DNA of 18,174 nucleotides from an uncultured bacterium (GCA_963977445.1 CAXBPH010000133.1:1-18174), one strand, 5' to 3'. Positions 1 through 10,467 are shown, numbered from the stretch's first letter. The notes: generated by a model not told the origin, from the sequence alone. Program-made: numbers and translations.

Positions 1-80
1 AGGTCTTGGACGCGCCGGAGGTGGGCAGGTCATGACGCGCCGAGGCGGGAATGCCTAAGCCCCTGATGGCGCCCTCCCAA

Positions 81-115
81 ATTCACTATTCTAAATTCGC
101 TATTCTACATTCTAA
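81..115. repeat. Five tandem degenerate heptamers (ATTCACT-ATTCTAA-ATTCGCT-ATTCTAC-ATTCTAA)
   Basis: Read directly: ATTC recurs every 7 nt, at 81, 88, 95, 102 and 109. Confidence 0.7.
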
Positions 116-151
116 AAAAACAGTGCCCGGTGAGTCAGACTCACCGGGCAC
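114..151 (-). terminator. Intrinsic terminator of the OmpA-family gene
   Basis: Perfect 13-bp stem GTGCCCGGTGAGT (123-135) / ACTCACCGGGCAC (139-151) with a 3-nt loop. A7 at 114-120 gives a U-tract on the - strand. It lies 33 nt past the stop codon. Confidence 0.9.
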
Positions 152-183
152 CGGTATAGTATTTTTAATTGGCCGTGGTTAAC

Positions 184-834
184 TTAGTTAACTATGGCAA
201 TCTCGAAGACGGCGCGACGGTTAAGTGCGCGGTTTTCGCGGGTATCGTTGGGGACAGCAGGATCGCTCTCGCCCATGCTCTTCGTGGCGATACGACCGGC
301 ATCGATACCAGCAGCCTTCATGTAGCTGGCTACGGAATCGGCGCGACGCTGTCCAAGGCCCATGTTGTAGGCATCGGTACCAACGCTATCGGTGTGACCG
401 ACAACAACAACCGTGTCTTTACCGAACTTGTTCATCTCGGCGACCAGTCGGTCGATTTCGGCTTTGCCTTCGGGCTTCAGGTTGGTCTTGTCGAAGTCGA
501 ACAACACGTTGTTCAACACAACAGCCGTACGAGTTGGCTCTGCAACCGGCGTTGGGGCTGGCGGAGGCGTTACGGTGGGCTCTACTACCATGGGCTTTTC
601 CCATGCATGGTAGACGATACCGCGGTTACCCCAAAGTTCGCCGTCATCCGCGTTGGATGCTGGCTCGGTAGGCCACCACCAGTAGCCGGAGCGTCCCTTG
701 GTGTCCATCGTTGGTTCGGGGGTGGCGCCGGTATTGCCCCACCAGGACATGTCGTCCCACATTTTTGCGGCGTCTGCTGTACCACCCATTCCACAAAGGG
801 CGGCAATCAGAGCCAAAGCGATAATTCGTTTCAT
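184..834 (-). CDS. OmpA/MotB/Pal-type peptidoglycan-binding domain protein with signal peptide and Trp-rich N-terminal region
   Basis: OmpA C-terminal motifs NVLFDFDK, VVGHTDSVG, YNMGLGQRRADSV and NRALNRR; Pro/Thr linker; signal peptide MKRIIALALIAALCGMGGTADA. Start moved to ATG 834, with AAGGAG 10 nt upstream. Confidence 0.92.
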   Translation of the reverse strand: MKRIIALALIAALCGMGGTADAAKMWDDMSWWGNTGATPEPTMDTKGRSGYWWWPTEPASNADDGELWGNRGIVYHAWEKPMVVEPTVTPPPAPTPVAEPTRTAVVLNNVLFDFDKTNLKPEGKAEIDRLVAEMNKFGKDTVVVVGHTDSVGTDAYNMGLGQRRADSVASYMKAAGIDAGRIATKSMGESDPAVPNDTRENRALNRRAVFEIAIVN

Positions 835-927
835 AGCGGTCAATCTCCTTCTGCGCTGCTACGTTACACTGTCATTCCGCGTTATTACTAGATGGTCGTA
901 CAGAGCATACATAGCTCCGTAACCATC

Positions 928-956
928 ATTTAACCACAATACTTAGGGCGTGTCAA
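928..956 (-). promoter_or_regulatory. Candidate sigma70 promoter of the OmpA-family gene
   Basis: TTGACA (956-951), 17-nt spacer, TTAAAT (933-928) on the - strand. The -35 is perfect and the -10 imperfect. Confidence 0.45.
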
Positions 957-1129
957 GCAATACCCGTTCCATAGTCTATTTGAGCCATGAAATCAGGAGC
1001 CCGATCCGGTATCAACGCGATACACTTCCCTATCTCCGATTGTATCATGTTGGGCGCACGTGCGCAAATTTCCCGGGGTCCGAATCACGTTCGTCGGACT
1101 GCGACAATACCGGTGGAAGAGGCGGACTA

Positions 1130-1552
1130 TCATACGGCCTCCCTCAACCTGCCCTGGAGCGTGGTAAGTGCCTGGGCAATGGTGGGATTGTCGGTTTTGT
1201 CGATCAGTTTGCGCAACTTGGGTATGGCGCCACCAACCTTTTTACCACCGCGAACGGTGCCAAAGAGGTGACGACTCACCGTTGACTGGGTCAACTGGAG
1301 GATGACCGCAATGTCCTCCTGGGTCTTCCCGTAGTAATAATAGAGCTTGACGACTTCCCGTTGCCGTGCCGTCAGGCATCCATCGATAAAATCATTGACG
1401 GAAGGGCGAACTTCTTCGTAGAAGTTCTTCATGGCATAGCGCCGTTCCCGGTCGTCTTCCGATTCGTAGTAAAGCGCTTGAGTCGCTGGAACCCGGTCCA
1501 AGGTGGCAAACTCGGTGGGGATCTCCCAAAAATCTGGATTATAACTGGCCAT
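1130..1552 (-). CDS. Sigma70 region-4-like helix-turn-helix protein (no region 2); putative transcriptional regulator
   Basis: LTARQREVVKLYYYYGKTQEDIAVILQLTQSTVSRHL...AIPKLRK matches the sigma-70 region 4 HTH pattern. The start is either ATG 1552 (MASYNPDFWE) or ATG 1603 as in the ORF track. Confidence 0.8.
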   Translation of the reverse strand: MASYNPDFWEIPTEFATLDRVPATQALYYESEDDRERRYAMKNFYEEVRPSVNDFIDGCLTARQREVVKLYYYYGKTQEDIAVILQLTQSTVSRHLFGTVRGGKKVGGAIPKLRKLIDKTDNPTIAQALTTLQGRLREAV

Positions 1553-1694
1553 TGCTCGGTTCACTTTCTCTGAAACGTTGTTGTCTGTCACTGCGGCCCG
1601 CATCGTAAAATCGATTGGTAGAGTTGGTCATTGCCCAAATTCGGGCTACGCGGCATACCGGCATCAGGTTGTTTACAGTGGATACGTGTTTCAT
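1539..1694 (-). CDS. Small 51-aa upstream ORF overlapping the sigma-4 gene start (MKHVSTVNNLMPVCRVARIWAMTNSTNRFYDAGRSDRQQRFRESEPSNGQL)
   Basis: Translated by hand. GAAGGA lies 9 nt before ATG 1694, and there is a further in-frame ATG at 1715. The stop lies within the first codons after ATG 1552. No homology recognised. Confidence 0.4.
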   Translation of the reverse strand: MKHVSTVNNLMPVCRVARIWAMTNSTNRFYDAGRSDRQQRFRESEPSNGQL

Positions 1695-1749
1695 TGTGAG
1701 AATTCCTTCGTTCATTATGGTTTTTAGCAGGCCACATGGCCCGCCCGTT

Positions 1750-1785
1750 AAAAAAAAAGCCGCAGACTCGTTGGGAGCCTGCGGC
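1750..1785 (-). terminator. Intrinsic terminator in the 5' leader (attenuator) upstream of the sigma-4 gene
   Basis: - strand GCCGCAGGCTC-CCAAC-GAGTCTGCGGC (11 bp including one G-U) followed by U9. No long gene lies upstream on this strand, only a short leader ORF. Confidence 0.88.
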
Positions 1786-1816
1786 GTAGGTTGCTGTATG
1801 GATTTCAGAGAAATCG

Positions 1817-1936
1817 TTAACTCATACCCACTACCTCAGGCGTGGCGTAACCAAATACGCCGGCGTGCCACACGCATACGAGGGATCGCATCGTGGTGCA
1901 TTGAATGGCGGATTTATTGGCTACGGTTGAAATCAT
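1817..1936 (-). CDS. Putative attenuator leader peptide, 39 aa (MISTVANKSAIQCTTMRSLVCVWHAGVFGYATPEVVGMS)
   Basis: Translated by hand. AGAGGA lies 10 nt before ATG 1936. It sits between a promoter and a terminator, and its last codons form the antiterminator 5' arm. Confidence 0.6.
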   Translation of the reverse strand: MISTVANKSAIQCTTMRSLVCVWHAGVFGYATPEVVGMS

Positions 1937-1969
1937 GGATAGACATTCCTCTGCGGTTAATGTGCGATT

Positions 1970-2006
1970 ACGGTATCACAATCGGAAAATCGTTGCAAGG
2001 ATTTTC
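1970..2006 (-). promoter_or_regulatory. sigma70 promoter (extended -10) with palindromic operator over the -35 box
   Basis: TTGCAA (1998-1993), 17-nt spacer, TGa-TACCGT (-10 at 1975-1970). Palindrome GAAAATCgTTGCAAgGATTTTC at 1985-2006. Confidence 0.6.
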
Positions 2007-2228
2007 GACTTCACTTCGACGTGTTGAGATGCTCTTACACCCCGATATGCGCACTTTTGGAAACGACCAATAAACAATTTATTTCGCCTATCCGCCCACA
2101 AAGCACGTACAATTTTGTACGAATTCTGTACACGTCTGGTGATATGCACAATATTGAACACCATTGTCTCGTCGGATTTATACACCTAAACCGTTACAGA
2201 CAGTGGCCTTAGGCCACTACGCCATCTA

Positions 2229-2244
2229 TGGCACGATCCGTGCT
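2229..2244 (+). promoter_or_regulatory. sigma54 (RpoN) -24/-12 promoter
   Basis: TGGCACGATCCGTGCT versus consensus TGGCACG-N4-TTGCW: one mismatch and the exact GG-N10-GC spacing. It points toward the REC-HK gene. Confidence 0.65.
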
Positions 2245-2466
2245 TAAATAAGACGTATTCGGAAGAGAGTGGCCCTATCGGGCCATGTGGTTACCGGGGG
2301 CGGTTCGAATTTATGGTGTGAAATTCAGGTGTTAACCGGAGGTACCCCCTTGAGTGTTTTTAGTCCGTCCCCTTCTATATATCGAGCATCCTGCTCCTAT
2401 TCATTGCCCTCCGCACCTGAAAACAAGCTTCCAACCCGTGCATCTGATAGTGCCCACCGGAATTCT

Positions 2467-3606
2467 ATGAATATCGTTCCACATCCTGAGGAAACATCAA
2501 GCGCGTTTAATTTTAATACCCACCCAAAGATTCTCATCGTAGATGACGAGAATGGTCCCCGTCAGTCCCTTCGGATGGTGCTCAAGGAAGAGTTTGACGT
2601 CCGCCTTGCAACGGGGGTGGATGATGCACTCGACCAACTTGCCCAGGAGCAGGTGGATCTCATCGTAACGGACATCCGCATGCCCCACAAGACCGGAATG
2701 GATTTGTTGCGGGAGGTGCGGGGACTCTACCCCGACATCGAAATCATCATTCTGACGGGCTATGGCGAACTGGATACGGCGATGACGGCCATTGAATACG
2801 GTGCCTTTGCCTATCTGGAAAAACCTTTCGACCACGATAAAATGATGGAAAAGGTCCATGCCTGCATGGATAAGCGTCGCCGCGATCAGGATCGCAAAGC
2901 CCTCGAATCGTTGGCCATGGAAGCGAATCGCTTCGAAACACTGGGCCGCTTAATTTCAGGTACCATGCACGATTTAGGCACCCCCCTCTCGGTACTCGGC
3001 ACCCACCTGGAAATGCTGATTGCCGACCCCACGCCCGCAAGTTTTGAAAAGCGTCTTGGTACGATGGAATCACAGGTGCGCCACTGCACCGAGCTGGTCC
3101 GCTCGACCATGAATTTCCTCCGACACAGCCCCAACGAGCTGACGCCCTTCGATATTAATTCCGCCGTACAAGTCTGTCTCGAAGTGGCTCAACCGCTCCT
3201 TGGTCGCCAGTGTATTGACATGCACATTGACCTGAGCCCGAACATTTCGATTTGTGTCGGTGACTTTGTCCTCGTTCGCCAAGCCCTCCTCAACTTAATT
3301 TACAATGCCTGTCAAGCAATGGAAGCCCAGCGGAAGCCCCGGGAGCTGCATATTAAGACCGGCACCGAGGATGGTTGTCTTGTCCTGACAATCGAAGATA
3401 CGGGTCCGGGCATCCCTCTGGAAAGTCGTCAGCGAATCTTTCACACCCTCTACAGCACGAAGGGCAAGAAAGGCACGGGCCTCGGACTCAGCGTGGTGAA
3501 GAATGTTATGAAGCAGCACGGCGGGAGTGTGAGTCTGGAGCAGGAAGAAGGCCGCGGTGCACGCTTCAAGCTGACCTTCCCTCCCCGCCGCCAGGCGACT
3601 GAATAA
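2467..3606 (+). CDS. Hybrid response regulator / histidine kinase (REC-HisKA-HATPase_c), cytoplasmic
   Basis: REC: KILIVDDE, IVTDIRMP, ILTGYG, YLEKPF. H-box TMHDLGTPL, N-box LLNLIYNACQAM, G1 DTGPGI, G2 GTGLGL. ATG 2467 is preferred over the low-complexity extension from 2269. Confidence 0.92.
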   Translation: MNIVPHPEETSSAFNFNTHPKILIVDDENGPRQSLRMVLKEEFDVRLATGVDDALDQLAQEQVDLIVTDIRMPHKTGMDLLREVRGLYPDIEIIILTGYGELDTAMTAIEYGAFAYLEKPFDHDKMMEKVHACMDKRRRDQDRKALESLAMEANRFETLGRLISGTMHDLGTPLSVLGTHLEMLIADPTPASFEKRLGTMESQVRHCTELVRSTMNFLRHSPNELTPFDINSAVQVCLEVAQPLLGRQCIDMHIDLSPNISICVGDFVLVRQALLNLIYNACQAMEAQRKPRELHIKTGTEDGCLVLTIEDTGPGIPLESRQRIFHTLYSTKGKKGTGLGLSVVKNVMKQHGGSVSLEQEEGRGARFKLTFPPRRQATE

Positions 3607-3632
3607 TAATTGAAGCCTCTTACTATGGAGTA

Positions 3633-3853
3633 CTATGGGCCGGGCTTTCAGCCCTGTTCGTCTTATTCGTGCGTTTACTCCTGGGGCTTCGCCCCAGGTT
3701 GATATGGATCACGCCTTTGGGGCTGGAAAGAACGTGATTGCCCTACCGCTATGCACCCTTGAGGGCCAACGGCCAGACAGCATACCAGCATGGGGCGAAA
3801 GCCCATGTTTAGAAGTCGATTGAGCCATTGAAGGCTGAAAGCCCGTCCCATAG
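3633..3853. repeat. REP/REPIN-like element: two inverted ~92-bp arms, each with internal palindromes
   Basis: The left arm (3633-3724) reads CTATGGGCCGGGCTTTCAGCCCT...CCTGGGGCTTCGCCCCAGGTTGATATG...GCCTTTGGGGCT. The reverse complement of the right arm (3762-3853) reads CTATGGGACGGGCTTTCAGCCTT...CATGGGCTTTCGCCCCATGCTGGTATG...GCCGTTGGCCCT. It lies between convergent genes. Confidence 0.8.
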
Positions 3854-3977
3854 GTCATCGCAGCATCTCCCATCAGAAAAAATCAATGCTTGCCCAGTGA
3901 ATACGGGCACTATACTATCCCATCTGCTTGATTCAAACCACAAGGAGTCTGACTCCTGGCAACCCCCTGCTCCCCTC

Positions 3978-7346
<3,369 letters not shown>

Positions 7347-7679
7347 ATCGTTGGTGCAACGGTCAATGCAATGCCCCGTTGGTCGAAAGTAACGCTATTC
7401 GATATGACACCGGTCATGCACTCACCTGCCCGCTGGCCGAACCGCCCCCGCGGATGAAATTAAATGTAATGCCTACGCACTACCGCCTGTCGCTCCAGTA
7501 TATCGTAATTTTCGATATTTTAAAAGACATTCCGTGCTGGGGATTTGGCAGAAATTTACGAGAAATGATAGTATTGAGCGTATTGTATAGTGCGCGTTAC
7601 ACTACGTCTTGGGCGTTGATGCCGTCTTCAAGCGGGCCTGCTTCCACTTTCTATTCAACCGATATCTGAGGATTACTCA

Positions 7680-8813
7680 ATGACACGGTCACTTTCTCGA
7701 TACTTCTCCTACTCCCGCCACACCATCGCGGCGCTTGCCCTCCTCGGGTCGACGGGGTGCGGTATTCTGGCGGACACCAACCGCATTGTCATCGCGGAGA
7801 TGGACGGAAAATCGATTACCCGGGAGAAGCTTTTCACCATCATTCGGGACATGCCCGACGACAAGCGCCCCAATATTCGCAGCAAGCAGGATTACAAACG
7901 CGTGTTGAATCACTATATTGATGAGGAAATAAAAATCCCTCTCGGCGAGGATCTGGCGGCCGAGGGTAAGATTGAAGTTCCTCGTGAAATGGCCCGCGAA
8001 GAGTATTTTCACTCCATTCTGGACGAGAAAGAACGAGACACGCAGCGCCTAATGTGGAATGTACCGATTCCCAAACCGGGTGAGGAGAGTGACCTCATGC
8101 GAACCTATGAATTGACCCCCGAAGCCATTCAGTTTCAGAAAGACGTCATTGAACAGGGTACGGACCGGGAACTGGAACGGCTTCTCGGAGAACGGGCGGT
8201 CATGTTCCTCGCCACGGAGGCCTACCAGAACAAGGAACTGACGCTTGATGAAGACGCCCTTCGTATGGAATACGATTTGTCCAAGAACGATTTTAAGACC
8301 TTGGAGCGCATGACCATTCTTGGCCTTCAATTTCCTACCGCCCAGGAAGGATCGTCCGCCGAAGCTTCTGCGGTTCGGCAACGCCTCAACGATGGGGAGA
8401 GCTTTGATGCCATCCTGGATTCCTATCTCTCAAAGAGCATGAACTATGGTATCGAATCCGTCATCGAAAACAATCCGGAGCTGGATCGCTTTCGTGGTTT
8501 CTGGCAGGAAGCTTCTGGGGCCCAGGTGGGTGAGATTCGGGGTCCGGTGTTCATGCCCGAGTATGCCCGTATGAAAACGAATGCCCAGGGGCAGGTGGAA
8601 CAGGCAATCGTACCCGAATGCTACCTGGTGTTTAAGGTCATCGAGTATGCACCGGAAAGCGTCAGACCCTTTGAAGAAGCCCTGCCATACGTGGCACCCA
8701 CGGTTGCCTTCTCCGAGATGATGGAATTGTTGCGTGAACAGCGTGGCGTGAAGATATTTGAGGACAAATTGCCGACTCCACAGGGTGGCACCTCAACCAT
8801 GCTCAGCAACTAA
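7680..8813 (+). CDS. PrsA/SurA/PpiC (parvulin)-like foldase lipoprotein
   Basis: Lipobox-like LLGSTGC; VIAEMDGKSITREKL resembles the PrsA/SurA N-terminus; parvulin-like LNDGESFDAILDSY, GEIRGPV and YLVFKV; RPFEEA resembles the C-terminal helix. Confidence 0.7.
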   Translation: MTRSLSRYFSYSRHTIAALALLGSTGCGILADTNRIVIAEMDGKSITREKLFTIIRDMPDDKRPNIRSKQDYKRVLNHYIDEEIKIPLGEDLAAEGKIEVPREMAREEYFHSILDEKERDTQRLMWNVPIPKPGEESDLMRTYELTPEAIQFQKDVIEQGTDRELERLLGERAVMFLATEAYQNKELTLDEDALRMEYDLSKNDFKTLERMTILGLQFPTAQEGSSAEASAVRQRLNDGESFDAILDSYLSKSMNYGIESVIENNPELDRFRGFWQEASGAQVGEIRGPVFMPEYARMKTNAQGQVEQAIVPECYLVFKVIEYAPESVRPFEEALPYVAPTVAFSEMMELLREQRGVKIFEDKLPTPQGGTSTMLSN

Positions 8814-8821
8814 GTTGGCGT

Positions 8822-8844
8822 GCGGGGCTCTTCCTGGGCCCCGC
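8822..8844. terminator. GC-rich hairpin between convergent genes (possible terminator or pause site)
   Basis: GCGGGGCTC-TTCCT-GGGCCCCGC forms a 9-bp stem with one G-U. There is no U-tract on either side. Confidence 0.4.
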
Positions 8845-8856
8845 TGCCCCCCCCCA

Positions 8857-10458
8857 CTACCGAGGAATGTATCGGCCGGGGGCGAGGATCCCTGCGGGAT
8901 CCAATGAAGCCTTGATATCCCGTGCCACCTCCCAAAACATATCACCTTCGGGAGCGATATGTCCCATGCCGGCGAGGCTGCTCCGATAGGGAATATAGCC
9001 CGCTTCGATGAGGGCATCGGTGACCGTGTGATAACAGGCCAGGGCCCGGTCTACGTCATCCGCCACGGACTTGTCGAAGGAAACGTTCATCACTGCAACC
9101 ATGGAGCGCTCATTGAGCAGGGTCATGGTCACCGGCAGGTCGAAACCATGGGCGTGAAATAAGGGTTCCACCAAGGTCAGCAGTTGACGCGCATCTTCTC
9201 CCCGCAGCGGCAATACCGGTGCAAGCCAGATGAGTCCCACGTGAACATCGTGGGGATTGGTGATGGGCTCGGTTGGGGGAATACGGAGGCGCCACCCCAC
9301 ACTCTGCAGGGGCATGTCAGTGGGCACCCCCTGAAGCAGGCCATAGTTGGGCACGAGACCCTGAAAGTTTTTCACCAACGACTTCAGCAATCCAAAGGGG
9401 GCCAGTTTGCTCAACACCCAGCTTCCCAACGCGAGCTTGCGATCGTCGACGAAAATCAGCTTGCCCAGGTGCCCGCATGCCCGCTTTAAACGACGACGTG
9501 CTTCCCCCACTTGGGGGTGCGTTCCTGTCAGCGAACCCGTCACATTCCAAACACCCAACTTCATCTCAGCACGCATTTTCTGCCGCAGGGCATCGGGCAA
9601 GGGTGTCTCCCCGGCCGTCTCCGCCCAGGGATACTTATCGATACTCGTAAATACCCGCAGATCGTTACCGATATGAACGGCGCTATTGAGAATGCCCTTC
9701 ATGCGCAAGGGCCGGAGTGCCTCAATAGCCAAATCGAGGTGGTCTTCTTCAAATAGCTTCAGAACAAAAAAGCAAAACGCCTCGGGCCGGGGACACAACC
9801 AGACACCGACCTGGGTCACGATTCCCAGATTGGATTGGTAAAAGAGGCCGTCGAGGATGGGGCCCACGCCGTAGGGGTAGAGGTGCTGGGTCTTGTTTCC
9901 TGGATAGTGGCCGAAGCCGGTCTCCAGTAGACGGCCATCGGGCAACACCACGGTCATCCCGCAGGTGCTGCGCACGTGGTCGGCGTAGGGCGTGTGGCCA
10001 AAGCCCCGCTCCATGATATTGCCCACGATGGTCGCGTTGGGTCCGGCACCGGTTACATCCAACCAGAAGTCGGGGGCCTGCGCACGCACCGCTTCATAAA
10101 GCTGCTGCTGGGTGACGCCCGGTTCAATGACGACATAGCCTAGCGCGGGGTCAATCTTGAGTATCCGGTTCATCCCCCCCAAATCGATAATGGCCGCATG
10201 CTCTTCCGGCGCGCAGGCATCCCCGTAGCCCCAGTTTTTTCCACCGGAAATCGGGTAGATGGGCTGCCCATGTTCCTGGGCAATCCGGGCGATGGTCTGA
10301 ACGTCTTCCTGCGTGGTGGGGTGCAAAATGCAGCAGGGCGTCGTTCCGCTGGGCAAGGTAGTCTTGCCGTAGCGGGCACAACTCGCCTCAGACGCGTCGA
10401 CCTTCCCCTCACCCAGCGCAGCCGTCCAGGCATGAATAGCGTTTTCAGATACGGTCAT
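8857..10458 (-). CDS. FAD-binding oxidoreductase of the VAO/PCMH family (p-cresol methylhydroxylase flavoprotein-like)
   Basis: PISGGKNWGYG, IEPGVT, IVGNIMERGFG, GMTVVLPDG, QSNLGIVT and C-terminal LDPAGILAPGR. GAGAGG RBS upstream. Confidence 0.88.
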   Translation of the reverse strand: MTVSENAIHAWTAALGEGKVDASEASCARYGKTTLPSGTTPCCILHPTTQEDVQTIARIAQEHGQPIYPISGGKNWGYGDACAPEEHAAIIDLGGMNRILKIDPALGYVVIEPGVTQQQLYEAVRAQAPDFWLDVTGAGPNATIVGNIMERGFGHTPYADHVRSTCGMTVVLPDGRLLETGFGHYPGNKTQHLYPYGVGPILDGLFYQSNLGIVTQVGVWLCPRPEAFCFFVLKLFEEDHLDLAIEALRPLRMKGILNSAVHIGNDLRVFTSIDKYPWAETAGETPLPDALRQKMRAEMKLGVWNVTGSLTGTHPQVGEARRRLKRACGHLGKLIFVDDRKLALGSWVLSKLAPFGLLKSLVKNFQGLVPNYGLLQGVPTDMPLQSVGWRLRIPPTEPITNPHDVHVGLIWLAPVLPLRGEDARQLLTLVEPLFHAHGFDLPVTMTLLNERSMVAVMNVSFDKSVADDVDRALACYHTVTDALIEAGYIPYRSSLAGMGHIAPEGDMFWEVARDIKASLDPAGILAPGRYIPR

Positions 10459-10467
10459 GGCCTCTCT

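Noticed and set aside
169..891. 240-aa + strand ORF, and similar long antisense ORFs at 12753-13901 (-), 16982-17641 (+) and 3828-4385 (+)
   Set aside because: They shadow well-supported genes on the opposite strand, which is expected in GC-rich DNA, and contain no recognisable motifs.
1615..2073. 152-aa + strand ORF in the regulatory region
   Set aside because: TTG start without an RBS and no motifs. It runs antisense through the terminator, leader and promoter, which explain the sequence better.
2302..2310. GGTTCGAAT resembling a tRNA T-loop
   Set aside because: The flanks do not form a T-stem, and no acceptor stem or cloverleaf can be built.
2269..2466. N-terminal extension of the REC-HK ORF from GTG 2269
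   Set aside because: Ser/Pro-rich and not domain-like; the REC domain begins shortly after ATG 2467. Not fully excluded.
3633..3853. Possible CRISPR array or autonomous IS
   Set aside because: The repeats are inverted rather than direct with spacers, and there is no cas or transposase gene.
7379..7669. 96-aa + strand ORF upstream of the PrsA-like gene
   Set aside because: TTG start, AT-rich promoter-like composition and no recognisable domain; more likely divergent promoter DNA.
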